A stretch of 64,000 bases of DNA from Vicinamibacteria bacterium. Its GTDB lineage: Bacteria; Acidobacteriota; Vicinamibacteria; Vicinamibacterales; UBA8438. Positions 9,812-20,053 of this stretch are shown piece by piece. The stretch spans positions 17,292 through 81,291 of the forward strand of contig JAJEEU010000017.1 of NCBI GenBank assembly GCA_022820825.1, given 5' to 3'. The position numbers were made by a program, and so were the translations under genes. Numbering within the stretch: the stretch's first letter is position 1; each line of letters begins with the position of its first letter. The notes beneath the pieces are model-generated. The model was not told the DNA's origin. It worked only from the letters and a program-made list of their open reading frames with translations, and did not search any database.

Positions 9812-12151
9812 ATGAGCACGGTCGAGACGCGCGATCCGGTCTGCGGCATGGTCGTGGAGCCGGAAGGGGCCCGGCACACCTTCGAGCACGAGGGGACCAC
9901 CTTCCTCTTCTGTTGCGGCGGCTGCAAGGCGGCGTTCGAGCGGGACCCCGGCGCGTTCCTCGGCGCGGGCGACGGCGTCGCGCCCGCACCTGCCCATCCG
10001 CACACCGCCGCTCCCGTGATTCCTGACGGGGCGGAGGTCGTCTACGTCTGCCCGATGTGTCCCGATGTGCGCGAGACCGAGCCGGTGCCGTGCCCGCGTT
10101 GCGGCATGGCGCTGGAGCCGCTCGTATTGACGGCCGGGCCGGTGCGGAACCCGGAGCTGGAGGACATGACGCGGCGGTTCCGCATCGCCGCGGTCGCGGG
10201 GCTGCCGGTGTTCCTGCTGGCGATGGGCGAGATGCTCCTCGGCGAGCGCGTGACGCAACTGGTCGGCCGCACGGCGTCCAACTGGTTCCAGCTTGCCTGC
10301 GCCGCGCCGGTGGTGCTCTGGGCGGGACGCCCGTTCTTCGAGCGCGGCTGGGCGTCGGTCGTCAACCGCAGCCCCAACATGTTCACGCTGATCGCTCTCG
10401 GCGTCGGGGCGGCCTTCGCCTACAGCGTGGCGGCCACGGTCGCGCCGGGGCTGTTTCCGGCCGGCTTCCGGATGGAAGCCGGCGTCGAGCCGTACTTCGA
10501 CACCGCGGTCGTCATCATCGTGCTCGTGCTGCTGGGGCAGGTGCTGGAGCTGCGCGCCCGGCACCGCACCGGCGCGGCGCTGCGGGCGCTGCTCGGCCTG
10601 GCGCCGCCCGTCGCGCACCGCATCGCCGGCAGCGGCGAGGAGGACGTGCCGCTGGCCGACGTCGAGGTGGGAGACCTGCTGCGCGTGCTGCCGGGGGAAC
10701 GGATTCCGGTCGACGGGGTTGTGGTCAGCGGCAGCAGCGCCGTCGACGAGTCGATGATCAGCGGCGAGCCGATCCCGGTCGAGAAGGGCGGCGGCGCACC
10801 GCTCGTCGGCGCCACCGTGAACGGCACCGGCAGCCTGATCATGCGCGCCGAGCGGGTCGGGCAGGAGACGCTGCTGGCGCAGATCGTGCGCATGGTGAGC
10901 GAGGCGCAGCGCAGCCGGGCGCCGATTCAGCGCACGGCGGACACGCTGGCGGCGTACTTCGTGCCGGCCGTCGTCGCCGTCGCTGTCGCCGCCTTCGTCG
11001 CCTGGAGCCTGGTGGGCCCGGAGCCGCGCTTCGCGCTGGCGCTGCTGAGCGCCGTGGCCGTGCTGATCATCGCCTGCCCCTGCGCGCTCGGCCTGGCGAC
11101 GCCGATGGCGATCATGGTGGGCACCGGCCGCGGCGCCACCGCGGGTGTGCTGATCCGCAACGCAGAGGCGCTCGAGACGCTGGAGCGGGTCGACACGCTG
11201 ATCGTGGACAAGACCGGCACGCTGACCACGGGCAGTCCGGCGGTGCGTACGGTCATCGCCCTCGGCGACCGGGACGAAGGCGAGGTGGTAGGACTCGCGG
11301 CCGGCCTGGAGCGCGCGAGCGAGCATCCGCTGGCGGCGGCGATCGTGGCCGAGGCGATGCAGCGCGGCCTGGCCATCCCGCCAGCCGACGACTTTCAATC
11401 GGAAACCGGCCGCGGCGTCCGGGGCACGGTCGGCGACCGGCAGATTGCAGTCGGAACGGTCGCGTTCCTGGAACAACTGGGTGTGGCGACCGCACCGGCG
11501 GGCGCGCAGGCGGCGGAGCTGGCGGGGCGCGGCGAGACGGTCGTCCACGTCGCCCTGGACGGCGCCCTGGCCGGCCTCATCGGCATCGCCGACCCGGTCA
11601 AGCCGACGACCCCCGAGGCGATTCGCCGCCTGCGGGCCGACGGCCTGCGCATCCTGATGGTGACGGGCGACGGCCGGCCGACGGCGCTGGCGGTGGCCGC
11701 CGAGATCGGGCTGCCGCCCGAGAACGTGCACGCCGGCGTGCTGCCCGCCGACAAGCGCCGGGTCGTGGCCGAGCAGCAGGCCGCCGGCCGCGTCGTGGCG
11801 ATGGCCGGCGACGGCATCAACGACGCCCCGGCGCTGGCGGAGGCGGCTGTCGGCATCGCCATGGGGACCGGCACGGACGTCGCGATGGAGAGCGCCGGCG
11901 TGACCCTCGTCAAGGGGGACCTGCGGGCCATCGCGCGCTCTCGCCGCCTCAGCCGCGCCACCATGCGCAACATCCGCCAGAACCTGTTCCTGGCGTTCGT
12001 CTACAACGCCGTCGGCGTCCCCGTCGCCGCCGGCGTCCTCTACCCGCTGACAGGACTCCTGATCAGCCCCATCTGGGCCAGCGCCGCAATGACACTAAGC
12101 TCGCTGTCGGTAATCAGCAACGCCCTGCGCCTACGCCGCGCCGATCTCTGA
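9812..12151 (+). CDS. copA: copper-translocating P1B-type ATPase with N-terminal TRASH/YHS domain
   Basis: [39 protein letters not shown] (TRASH/YHS), [12 protein letters not shown] (CPC), DKTGTLT and GDGINDAP. Start at ATG 9812, just after the upstream stop. Confidence 0.9.
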   Translation: MSTVETRDPVCGMVVEPEGARHTFEHEGTTFLFCCGGCKAAFERDPGAFLGAGDGVAPAPAHPHTAAPVIPDGAEVVYVCPMCPDVRETEPVPCPRCGMALEPLVLTAGPVRNPELEDMTRRFRIAAVAGLPVFLLAMGEMLLGERVTQLVGRTASNWFQLACAAPVVLWAGRPFFERGWASVVNRSPNMFTLIALGVGAAFAYSVAATVAPGLFPAGFRMEAGVEPYFDTAVVIIVLVLLGQVLELRARHRTGAALRALLGLAPPVAHRIAGSGEEDVPLADVEVGDLLRVLPGERIPVDGVVVSGSSAVDESMISGEPIPVEKGGGAPLVGATVNGTGSLIMRAERVGQETLLAQIVRMVSEAQRSRAPIQRTADTLAAYFVPAVVAVAVAAFVAWSLVGPEPRFALALLSAVAVLIIACPCALGLATPMAIMVGTGRGATAGVLIRNAEALETLERVDTLIVDKTGTLTTGSPAVRTVIALGDRDEGEVVGLAAGLERASEHPLAAAIVAEAMQRGLAIPPADDFQSETGRGVRGTVGDRQIAVGTVAFLEQLGVATAPAGAQAAELAGRGETVVHVALDGALAGLIGIADPVKPTTPEAIRRLRADGLRILMVTGDGRPTALAVAAEIGLPPENVHAGVLPADKRRVVAEQQAAGRVVAMAGDGINDAPALAEAAVGIAMGTGTDVAMESAGVTLVKGDLRAIARSRRLSRATMRNIRQNLFLAFVYNAVGVPVAAGVLYPLTGLLISPIWASAAMTLSSLSVISNALRLRRADL

Positions 12152-12163
12152 GGGTCCACCCTT

Positions 12164-12580
12164 TCAGTCCTGCGGTGGTGGTGGTCCGACGCGCTTGATA
12201 CGCCGTACGTCCACGCGGCGGCGCGGTTCCGGTTCCACCTGGCGGAAGCTGCCGATGAACCAGGACACGACGCCGACGAGCAGCGCGCCCAGGATCGCCG
12301 ACCAGAACGACCGCACGCCGAAGCCGGGCACCAGCCACGCGGCGAAGGCGAACGAGAGGCCGTTGACCACGAAGTAGAACAACCCGAGCGTCAGCACCGT
12401 GAACGGCAGCGTCAGGAGCAGCAGCAGCGGCTTGATGACGGCGTTCACGAAGCCGAGCGCCAGCGCCGCGACGAGCAGCGCCACCAGCGAGCTGATACGC
12501 ACGCCCGGCAGCACCCACGCCGTCACGCCGAGGGCCACGGCGGTGGTGGCCCAGTGCACCAGGAACTGCTTCAGCGGCAC
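12164..12580 (-). CDS. DUF360 / phage holin family IV-like membrane protein
   Basis: C-terminal part of track ORF 12164..13819. Four hydrophobic helices (TAVALGVTAWVLPGV..., LLLLLTLPFTVLTLGLFYFVVNGL...). Putative GTG start at 12580. Confidence 0.6.
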   Translation of the reverse strand: MPLKQFLVHWATTAVALGVTAWVLPGVRISSLVALLVAALALGFVNAVIKPLLLLLTLPFTVLTLGLFYFVVNGLSFAFAAWLVPGFGVRSFWSAILGALLVGVVSWFIGSFRQVEPEPRRRVDVRRIKRVGPPPPQD

Positions 12581-14214
12581 GTTTCTTCTCCAACTGCGGG
12601 CGCTTCGGGAAACAGCACGCCCGGCGCCAGCACGCCGCGCGGGTCGAGCGCCGCCTTCACCGCCCGCATCGCGGCGATGCCCTCGCCGCCGTACAGCTCG
12701 CGCAGCAACGCCTGCTTGACCGGGTTGCGGCCGACGCCGTGCTCCGCCAGCGGGCAGCCGCCCATCCCGATCACGGCGCGCCCGCACGCCATGATCGCTT
12801 CCTGGCCGCGCTCCACGTCGGCGAGGCTGCGCGGAATCACGTTGGGGTGCACGTTCGCATCCGAGATGTGGCCCCAGATCGCGTAGTCGAGGCCGCGCCG
12901 CTCGAAGGCGTTGCGGAACGTCTCCAGGCTGTCTCCGAAATGCTCGTACGGCACGATCATGTCGGCAGCGGTCTTGCGGATGCCGGCGTCCACGTCGCGC
13001 TGCGCCGTCTTCACTCTCCGGTTCACCGCCTCGTGCACCGCCTCGCGGACCGCGCGCAGTTGATCCTGCCGCCGCCGGTCGGCGGGAAGGGCGATCTCGG
13101 CCCGGTCGAGCACGCCCGCCCGATCCAGCATACGGCACAGGCGGACGAGCGGCGTGTCGGGGGCGCCGGGCGCGAGGGCGCCGCCGATCTGGTCGTAAGC
13201 CGCCGCGGAGGTAGGCACGGCGCCCGGCGGCAGCTCCAACTGGACGAGCAGCGCGACCGCCGCGTCCGCGGAAACGTCGACGCCGTGCCGCCGGTCTGCG
13301 CCGTCCTCTCTCACCAGCTCCAGGCTGCGCCGGTCGAGGTGCTCCACGGCCGCGACTTCCATACCGCGCGGGTCGCGCGAGCGCCAGGCGGCCCGGGCTT
13401 CGCGCCGCAGGGCGGCAACGAGCGCGAGCGCCCCGGCGTCGTCCGGCAGCGTCAGCCAGACCAGGCAGATCTCCGGGCGCGGCGACACGACGTCGCAGGT
13501 CACTTCGGTGATGACGCCCAGGGTGCCTTCCGAGCCGATGAACAGGTCGACCGCGTCCATGCCGGGCCGGGCGAAATAGCCGGCCGAGCGCTTCGGCACC
13601 GCGGGCATCCGGTAGCCCGGCAGCGGGATGCGCCGCACGCCGCCGGCGCCGTGCAGCTCGAAATAGCCGTCGGGGTGGGCGCGGTGCTCGCCGCGGTGAA
13701 GCTCCAGCAGGCTGCCGTCGGCCAGCACCACCTTGAGTCCGCGGATCCAGTCGCGCGTGGCGCCGTACTTGAACGTCGCGGCGCCGGCGGCGTTGGTGGC
13801 GGCCGCGCCGCCGATGCACGCGCCCTCGAAGGTCGGAGTCGGCGGGTACCAGGCGTCGCGGCGCGCCAGCGCCTCCTGCAGCTCGGCAATGGGGACGCCC
13901 GCCTGGGCGGTAATGCCGTTGCCGCTGGCCGTGACGATGCGGTTCAGCCGCCGAGTCGTCACCACCACCTCGCCCAGCGGCGTCGCGCCGCCGGTCAACG
14001 ACGACTGCGCGCCGATGGGCAGCACCCGTTGCGACTGGCGCAGCAGTGCGGCAACTTCGGCCTCGGTGGCCGGGTGCGCCACGCCGGCCGCGTGGCCGCC
14101 CGGATGGTGCGCGGCATCCTCGAGGAAGTCGCCGACCGCATCCGGACCGCTGGCCACGGGGACGCCGGCCCCGGTATCGGGAAGCAGCGTGCAGCGGATG
14201 CGGTGCGAGGCCAT
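12571..14214 (-). CDS. FAD-linked oxidase (GlcD/D-lactate dehydrogenase-like)
   Basis: Real part of track ORF 12571..15201, starting at MASHRIR (ATG 14214). PIGAQSSLTGGATP and DLFIGSEGTLGVITEV are FAD_binding_4 motifs. C-terminal GMGGCPLAEHGVGR. Confidence 0.8.
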   Translation of the reverse strand: MASHRIRCTLLPDTGAGVPVASGPDAVGDFLEDAAHHPGGHAAGVAHPATEAEVAALLRQSQRVLPIGAQSSLTGGATPLGEVVVTTRRLNRIVTASGNGITAQAGVPIAELQEALARRDAWYPPTPTFEGACIGGAAATNAAGAATFKYGATRDWIRGLKVVLADGSLLELHRGEHRAHPDGYFELHGAGGVRRIPLPGYRMPAVPKRSAGYFARPGMDAVDLFIGSEGTLGVITEVTCDVVSPRPEICLVWLTLPDDAGALALVAALRREARAAWRSRDPRGMEVAAVEHLDRRSLELVREDGADRRHGVDVSADAAVALLVQLELPPGAVPTSAAAYDQIGGALAPGAPDTPLVRLCRMLDRAGVLDRAEIALPADRRRQDQLRAVREAVHEAVNRRVKTAQRDVDAGIRKTAADMIVPYEHFGDSLETFRNAFERRGLDYAIWGHISDANVHPNVIPRSLADVERGQEAIMACGRAVIGMGGCPLAEHGVGRNPVKQALLRELYGGEGIAAMRAVKAALDPRGVLAPGVLFPEAPAVGEETCR

Positions 14215-14307
14215 GGCGCCACGGTACGCCACGGGCGAAAGTCGCTGCAACTCCCGGCCCGTGGACGCCCGGCAGGCGGCGGTGTACAGTGGGCGCCGGG
14301 GGAATTC

Positions 14308-15360
14308 ATGAGACTCGCCGCACTCCGCTTCGTCGGGCTCGCCGTGATCGCCGCGGCCGCCGGCGCCGGCTGCGTTCCGCCGTCGTCGGCGCAGGCGCAG
14401 GCGGAAGAGGACGTCGTGGCGCACATCGGCGACACCGCGATCACGCTCGGCGACCTCGACGAGACGTGGCACCGCGAGGATCCGCGCGGCCGGATGGAGA
14501 CGCTGCTGGGCGTGTACGACGAGCGGCTGCGCGTCCTCGACATCATCATCGGCGACCGCTTGATCGACTGCGAGGCGGAGGCGCGCGGCCTCAGCCGCGA
14601 GGAGCTGCTGGCCGCGGAGCTCCCGCCGCGCACCGAGGAGGTGACCGAGGCGGAGATCGAGCAGATCTACGAGCGCAACCGGGACCGCCTCGGCGGGCGG
14701 ACACTCGAAGAGATGCGGCCGGAGATCCGCCAACTCCTGGAGCGGCAGGGTCCCGCGCTGGCGCTGCGCACGTACATGGACGAGCTGCGTGAGGTCGCGG
14801 ACGACGTGTCCGTCATGCTCGACCCTCCGCGGCAGCAGATCGAGCTGACGGCCGGCGACCGCTCGAAGGGGCCGGACGACGCGCCGGTCGTGATTGTCGA
14901 GTTCTCCGATTTCGAGTGCCCGTACTGCGGCCGGGCGACCGCCACGCTGGCGGCGCTGATGGACCGCTATCCGGAGCGCATCCGGTTCGTCTACAAGGAC
15001 TTTCCGTTGCCGAACCACCCCAACGCGTTCAAGGCGGCCGAGGCTGGCCACTGCGCGCACGACCAGGACATGTTCTGGGAGTACCACGACCGGCTGTTCG
15101 CCATGCAGGACGCGCTGGACGTGGAGTCGCTGAAGGCCTACGCGGACGATCTGGGCCTCGACGCCGACGCGTTCAGCGCCTGCCTCGACGACGGGCGGCA
15201 CGCGGAGTCGGTCGACCGCGAGATGGCTGCCGGGCGTAGCCTGGGGGCTACGTCCACCCCGACGCTGTTCATCAACGGCCGGCCCGTCCTGGGCGCGTTG
15301 CCGCTGGACGCGTTCGATCGGATAGTCCGCGAGGAGCTGGACGCCGCCGCCCGGCGCTGA
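14308..15360 (+). CDS. DsbA-family thiol:disulfide oxidoreductase with N-terminal lipoprotein-like signal
   Basis: Real part of track ORF 12739..15360, starting at MRLAALRFVGLAVIAAAAGAGC. EFSDFECPYCGR (CPYC) thioredoxin-fold active site and GATSTPTLFING. Confidence 0.85.
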   Translation: MRLAALRFVGLAVIAAAAGAGCVPPSSAQAQAEEDVVAHIGDTAITLGDLDETWHREDPRGRMETLLGVYDERLRVLDIIIGDRLIDCEAEARGLSREELLAAELPPRTEEVTEAEIEQIYERNRDRLGGRTLEEMRPEIRQLLERQGPALALRTYMDELREVADDVSVMLDPPRQQIELTAGDRSKGPDDAPVVIVEFSDFECPYCGRATATLAALMDRYPERIRFVYKDFPLPNHPNAFKAAEAGHCAHDQDMFWEYHDRLFAMQDALDVESLKAYADDLGLDADAFSACLDDGRHAESVDREMAAGRSLGATSTPTLFINGRPVLGALPLDAFDRIVREELDAAARR

Positions 15361-15366
15361 GGGTAA

Positions 15367-15921
15367 CTACTTCCTTACGACGAGGCAGCCGGCCATGATG
15401 TCGTGCAGCCCCTGCTTCTTCTCGGTGAACGCCACCATGACGTAGCCGATGAGCAGGATCATCCCGGACACGATCTTGCCGAAGTGGCGCCCGGTGGCCC
15501 GCCCGAAGGTGAGGCGGTTGCCCTCCATGTCGGTGACCTTGATCTGCACGGCCAGCTTGCCCAGCGTGCCCTGGAACCGCGACGACTCCATCAGGGCGAA
15601 GTAGAGCCAGCCGCCGACCAGGCTGACGAGTTGGCTGACGCCCTGGATCACGGGCAGCAGCGTCTGGATCCCGTCCGGGTCGCCGGGCCGGCCCGCGCCG
15701 GAGAAGACGATGAACACGAAGACCGGGCCGAGTATCAGGCCGCTGCCGACCGCCGTGATGATGAAGTCGACGATCGAGGCGGCGACGCGGTTCCAGAAAC
15801 CGGCGTAGTCGGCGGGCGCCGACGTCCGGCCCGCGGCGATGAGCGCGCCGGTACCGGGTGCGATGGGTTGGCTGCCGGGGTTGCCGCCGCCGGTTTCCGC
15901 GCCGTCCGGGATGTCCGGCAC
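15367..15921 (-). CDS. RDD family membrane protein
   Basis: YAGFWNRVAASIVDFII ... GKIVSGMILLIGYVMVAFTEKKQGLHDIMAG matches the RDD-domain pattern. Confidence 0.8.
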   Translation of the reverse strand: MPDIPDGAETGGGNPGSQPIAPGTGALIAAGRTSAPADYAGFWNRVAASIVDFIITAVGSGLILGPVFVFIVFSGAGRPGDPDGIQTLLPVIQGVSQLVSLVGGWLYFALMESSRFQGTLGKLAVQIKVTDMEGNRLTFGRATGRHFGKIVSGMILLIGYVMVAFTEKKQGLHDIMAGCLVVRK

Positions 15922-15931
15922 CGCCCGGTTC

Positions 15932-16672
15932 CTACTGCGACAGCGCGAGCTCTTCCGCCAGCCAGGCGTCGAACTCGGCCTGCGACTGGATGGTCACCTC
16001 GGCCTTCATCCGGTAGTGGCCGAGGCCGCAGAGCTGCGAGCAGTTGATCTGGTAGTCGCCGGCGCGGGTCGGGATGAACCACATGGGTATCTCCATCCCC
16101 GGGATCACGTCCTGCTTGACCCGCATCTCGGCGATGCCGAGGCTGTGGATGACGTCCTGCGTCGACAGGTAGAGGATGGCCGGCTTGTCGACGGGCAGGT
16201 TCATGCGGTTGATGGAGACGACGTCGTCGGCCGCGGCCGGGTCGCTGCGGTCGAGCCCGACCACGTTGGTCGGCGTGATGTGGCTGATGTCCCGCCGCCC
16301 GAAGCGGCCGTCGGCGCCGGGGTAGTGTGCGTGCCACTCGAACTGCCGCGCGATCATGTGGACGACCGTCGATTCATCCTCCGGCGGGAATTCGTTGACG
16401 CGGTTCGCCCAGGCCGGGATGGCGAAGCCGATCAGCAGCACCGCCTCGATGGCGGCGACGGCAATCTCGAGGTAGCTGGAGGTGTGGCTCGTCACGCCGG
16501 TGTAGTCAGCCCTGGGGTTCGCCGACGCGCGGAAGCGGATCAGCACCCAGACGAAGTAGATCCCCCAGCCGATGAACAGGATGAACATCAGGTAGTGGAT
16601 CAAGATGATCATCTGGTCGATTTCGCCGGCGTGCGCCGATGCCTGCACCGGCAGTCCCAACCAATCACCCAT
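15932..16672 (-). CDS. coxB: cytochrome c oxidase subunit II (CuA)
   Basis: Two N-terminal TM helices plus a cupredoxin domain with DVIHS...CSQLCGLGHYRM (CuA ligands H, C-x3-C-x3-H-x2-M). Confidence 0.9.
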   Translation of the reverse strand: MGDWLGLPVQASAHAGEIDQMIILIHYLMFILFIGWGIYFVWVLIRFRASANPRADYTGVTSHTSSYLEIAVAAIEAVLLIGFAIPAWANRVNEFPPEDESTVVHMIARQFEWHAHYPGADGRFGRRDISHITPTNVVGLDRSDPAAADDVVSINRMNLPVDKPAILYLSTQDVIHSLGIAEMRVKQDVIPGMEIPMWFIPTRAGDYQINCSQLCGLGHYRMKAEVTIQSQAEFDAWLAEELALSQ

Positions 16673-16922
16673 TGAAACGATCTCCCTCCGGCTGGCCCAG
16701 CGCCTGCCGTGAACGCTTGATCAAGTGAAAGATGAATCCGACGAACCCGGTCAGCACGCCGCCCGTGAGGCCGAGCAGCGTGAACACCGCCCAGTTCATG
16801 CCGCGCGCGAGATCGGAATCCGGGTCGCCGCCGAAGCAGATGGGACAGGCGAGCGCCTCGCCTGCAGCGAGCAGCACGCCCGCGAGCCCCAGCAGCACCA
16901 CGCTCGTGATTTTGCCTGTCAT
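16665..16922 (-). CDS. small membrane protein with CPIC motif (oxidase-operon associated)
   Basis: 85 aa with signal/TM, ACPICFGG and a second TM. Overlaps the coxB start by 8 nt. Confidence 0.45.
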   Translation of the reverse strand: MTGKITSVVLLGLAGVLLAAGEALACPICFGGDPDSDLARGMNWAVFTLLGLTGGVLTGFVGFIFHLIKRSRQALGQPEGDRFNG

Positions 16923-16928
16923 GCTGTC

Positions 16929-17141
16929 CTACTCCATGCCCATGCGCCGCGTCTTGCGCACGAACGCCGCCAGGTAGACCGCCAGACCCGCCGCGCCCGC
17001 CGCCGATCCGGCGGCGAAGGCCAGATAGCCGGCCGTGCCGCTCTCGGAGGCGTACATCGCCACGCCCCACAGCGCCACCAGCACCATCAGCGTGATGGAC
17101 GCGCCGATGAACACCAGGTGGATGGCGCGCAGCGAGGTCAT
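16929..17141 (-). CDS. small two-TM membrane protein
   Basis: 70 aa, two hydrophobic helices. Its start overlaps the stop of the subunit IV gene (ATGA). Confidence 0.4.
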   Translation of the reverse strand: MTSLRAIHLVFIGASITLMVLVALWGVAMYASESGTAGYLAFAAGSAAGAAGLAVYLAAFVRKTRRMGME

Positions 17142-17488
17142 CAGTCGTGCGCCTCCGCCGCGGGCGCGTTGGCGTTCGGCATCGTCTTGTGCACGCCGTA
17201 GGTGTCCGTGTGCCCCAGGATGGGGATGATGATCAGGACCAGGAAGAAGAAGACCGTCAGCAGCAGCGCCCAGTAGATGGACTTGCGCTCGCCGATCAGG
17301 TGCATGAAGTAGCTCGCCACCAGCGAGCCCTTCGTGCCCGCGATGATCAGCGCCACCAGGATGGCCATCGGCACCGCGAACTCGATGTACGACACCGCCA
17401 CGGTGACGACGGTCAACACCAGCAGCGCGATGCCGATCTTCCAGTACAGCTTGATGTGATCTCTGACTTCTTCGGGGCTCTCGCTCAT
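17141..17488 (-). CDS. cytochrome c oxidase subunit IV (prokaryotic CoxD type)
   Basis: Real part of track ORF 17141..17659, starting at MSESPEEVRDHIKLYWKIG (ATG 17488). Three TM helices, and positioned after coxC. Confidence 0.75.
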   Translation of the reverse strand: MSESPEEVRDHIKLYWKIGIALLVLTVVTVAVSYIEFAVPMAILVALIIAGTKGSLVASYFMHLIGERKSIYWALLLTVFFFLVLIIIPILGHTDTYGVHKTMPNANAPAAEAHD

Positions 17489-17516
17489 CGTGCGCGTCTC
17501 CTGAATCGGCGTCCGG

Positions 17517-18107
17517 CTACAGCAGGTACAGCACCGGGAACAGGAATATCCATACCAGGTCGACGAAGTGCCAGTACAGGCCGGCCGCCTCGATGCGGTT
17601 GATGAACTGCTGGCGGTTGGCGTGCCACAGCTTCGATCCCGGGCCGAGGAAGTAGCCATTGACGATGACGCCGCCCACGATGTGCAGCGCGTGCAGGCCC
17701 GTCAGCGTGAAGTAGATGGCCAGGTACGTGCTCACCGCCGGCACGTCGCCGTGCGAGAACTTGTCGTAGTACTCGTACGACTTGACGACCAGGAAGAGCA
17801 CCGCCAGGCCGACCGTCATCCCCATGTAGCGCTTGTAGCCGCTGAAATCGTCCAGCTTCAGCGCGGCGTAGCAGAGCACCATCGTGACGCTCGACAGGAT
17901 GAGCACGACGGTGTTGAACGCCCCGATCGGAACGCTGAGGATGTCCGCGCCGAACGGCCACTCGATGGCGTTGATGCGCAGCAGGATGTAGGTGGAGAAC
18001 AGCCCGCCGAACAGCATGACTTCCGACGCCAGGAACAGCCAGATGCCGAGCTTGACGTTGGTCAGCCCGGTATCCGCCCGCTCGTCTACGACATACGGTA
18101 TTTCCAT
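17517..18107 (-). CDS. coxC: cytochrome c oxidase subunit III
   Basis: 196 aa. LFLASEVMLFGGLF, YFTLTGLHALHIVGG and YWHFVDLVWIFLF are classic subunit III motifs. Confidence 0.9.
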   Translation of the reverse strand: MEIPYVVDERADTGLTNVKLGIWLFLASEVMLFGGLFSTYILLRINAIEWPFGADILSVPIGAFNTVVLILSSVTMVLCYAALKLDDFSGYKRYMGMTVGLAVLFLVVKSYEYYDKFSHGDVPAVSTYLAIYFTLTGLHALHIVGGVIVNGYFLGPGSKLWHANRQQFINRIEAAGLYWHFVDLVWIFLFPVLYLL

Positions 18108-18123
18108 TGCTCCTTACCGCCCC

Positions 18124-19926
18124 CTACGCCTTGGCAGGCTCGGCCTGCGATCCGTCAGCTTCGGCCTGCATCACGAAGTCGGCCTCCACGCCCGGCACGT
18201 TGTACTCGTACGGCCCCCGGTGCACGCTCGGCGGCGTCGTGAAGTTGCCGTGCGGCGGCGGTGACGGCGCGGACCATTCGAGCGTCGTCGCATTCCACGG
18301 GTTGGCGCCCACCTCTTCGCCCTTCTTGATGCTCCAGAAGAAGTTGAAGATGAACGGAAGCTGGAACAGCGCCAGCCCCCAGGCGCCCCAGGAGATGACG
18401 GTGTTCCAGACCAGCACGTCCTGGTTCATCGTGTACTCGAGACCGCCGTCCGCCATCCGGCGGTTCATGCCGGACAGCCCCTGGATGAGCATCGGGAAGA
18501 AGACGATGTTGATCGTCACGAACGAGCCCCAGAAGTGGATGCGTCCCAGCAGGTCGTTCATCTTCCGGCCGGTCGCCTTCGGGAACCAGTAGTAGATGCC
18601 GCCGAGCAGCGCCAGCACCGTGCCGGGCGCCACCACGTAGTGGAAGTGCCCGATGACGTAGTAGGTGTCGTGCAGGTGGATGTCGGGCGCCGCCAGCCCG
18701 AGCGGCAGGCCGGTCAGGCCGCCGATGGCGAACATCGGCAGGAACGCCAGCGCGAACAGCATCGGCACCGTGTAGCGGATCGATCCGCCGTACAGCGACA
18801 GCAGGAACGCCGACAGGATGACGACCGACGGGATGGAGATGATCATCGTCGTCGTCTGGAAGAACGAGCTCATCGTGGTGCCCATCCCGGTCATGAACAT
18901 GTGGTGCGCCCAGACGACGAACGACATGAAACCGAGGAAGATGACCGACGCCACAAGCACGCGGTAGCCCCAGATCGGCTTGCGCGTGTTGTTGGCGAGG
19001 ATCTCGCCCACGATGCCCATCGCCGGCAGGATCAGGACGTAGACCTCCGGATGGGCCAGGAACCAGAACAGGTGCTGCCACAGCAGCGGACTGCCGCCGC
19101 CGCTTATCTCGAGCGCCGCGTCGCCGACGACGAGGCCGCTCGGCATGAAGAAGCTGGTGCCGGCCACGCGGTCCATCAGTTGCAGGACGCCGGCCGCCTC
19201 CAGCGGCGGAAACGCGAGCAGCAGGAGGAACGACGTGACGAGCTGCGCCCACACGAAGAACGGCAGGCGGAAGAAGCTCAGGCCGGGCGCCCGCAACTGC
19301 ACGGTGGTGACGATGAAGTTCACCGAACCGAGCAGCGACGACGTGATCAGGAAGATCATCCCGACCAGCCACATCGTCTGGCCCGTCGTCGCGATGACCG
19401 ACAGCGGCGCGTACGACGTCCAGCCGGAGTTGGCCGCGCCGCCCGGGACGACGAAGCTGGCGAGCATCACGACGCCGCCCAGGAAGAACGACCAGTAGCT
19501 CGCCATGTTGAGCTTGGGGAACGCCATGTCGGGCGCGCCGATCTGCAGCGGCAGCACGAAGTTGCCGAAGCCGCCGACCGCCAGCGGCACGACGCCCAGG
19601 AAGACCATGATCGTCCCGTGCATGGCGCCGAGCTGGTTGTAGAACTCCGGCAGCATGATGCCGCCCGGCGCACGCGTGTCGCCCAGCAGGCCGCCGATGA
19701 TCGGGATCGGCTGGAACGGATAGGCGAGCTGCCAGCGCATCACCATCATCAGGCCGAAGCCGAACAGCAGGAACAGCAACCCGGTGACGGCGTACTGGAT
19801 GCCGATGACCTTGTGGTCGACCGAGAAGACGTAGGTTTGCAGGAAGCCCAAATCTTCGTGCGCGTGCGCGTGCTCGTGGCCGTGCTCGGCGTGGGCAGCC
19901 TGTTCCGTCGTTGTCACGTCAGCCAA
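18124..19926 (-). CDS. ctaD: cytochrome c oxidase subunit I
   Basis: 600 aa. GIQY...MVMRWQL, WQHLFWFLAHPEVYVLILP and HHMF heme-copper ligand motifs. Confidence 0.95.
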   Translation of the reverse strand: MADVTTTEQAAHAEHGHEHAHAHEDLGFLQTYVFSVDHKVIGIQYAVTGLLFLLFGFGLMMVMRWQLAYPFQPIPIIGGLLGDTRAPGGIMLPEFYNQLGAMHGTIMVFLGVVPLAVGGFGNFVLPLQIGAPDMAFPKLNMASYWSFFLGGVVMLASFVVPGGAANSGWTSYAPLSVIATTGQTMWLVGMIFLITSSLLGSVNFIVTTVQLRAPGLSFFRLPFFVWAQLVTSFLLLLAFPPLEAAGVLQLMDRVAGTSFFMPSGLVVGDAALEISGGGSPLLWQHLFWFLAHPEVYVLILPAMGIVGEILANNTRKPIWGYRVLVASVIFLGFMSFVVWAHHMFMTGMGTTMSSFFQTTTMIISIPSVVILSAFLLSLYGGSIRYTVPMLFALAFLPMFAIGGLTGLPLGLAAPDIHLHDTYYVIGHFHYVVAPGTVLALLGGIYYWFPKATGRKMNDLLGRIHFWGSFVTINIVFFPMLIQGLSGMNRRMADGGLEYTMNQDVLVWNTVISWGAWGLALFQLPFIFNFFWSIKKGEEVGANPWNATTLEWSAPSPPPHGNFTTPPSVHRGPYEYNVPGVEADFVMQAEADGSQAEPAKA

Positions 19927-20053
19927 CTCGTGACCCCTTTCTCAGGCACAGCAGGATATCTTGTGACCCCCGTAGGCCGCGCCGGTACATACTCCGGGCG
20001 CCGGCCGGGGAGATTCTATCCGGCGGCAGGGCGGCGCGCAACCGCCGCCCGCG

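Noticed and set aside
9629-12198. 700-aa minus-strand and 713-aa plus-strand ORFs over copA
   Set aside because: copA in frame 9812..12151 carries the TRASH, CPC, DKTGT and GDGINDAP motifs. The others are shadow ORFs.
8684-15360. Zn-ribbon / PDO-like / CopA / FAD oxidase / DsbA neighbourhood considered as a novel system
   Set aside because: All members are ordinary copper-export and periplasmic thiol-redox functions. The arrangement needs no special explanation.
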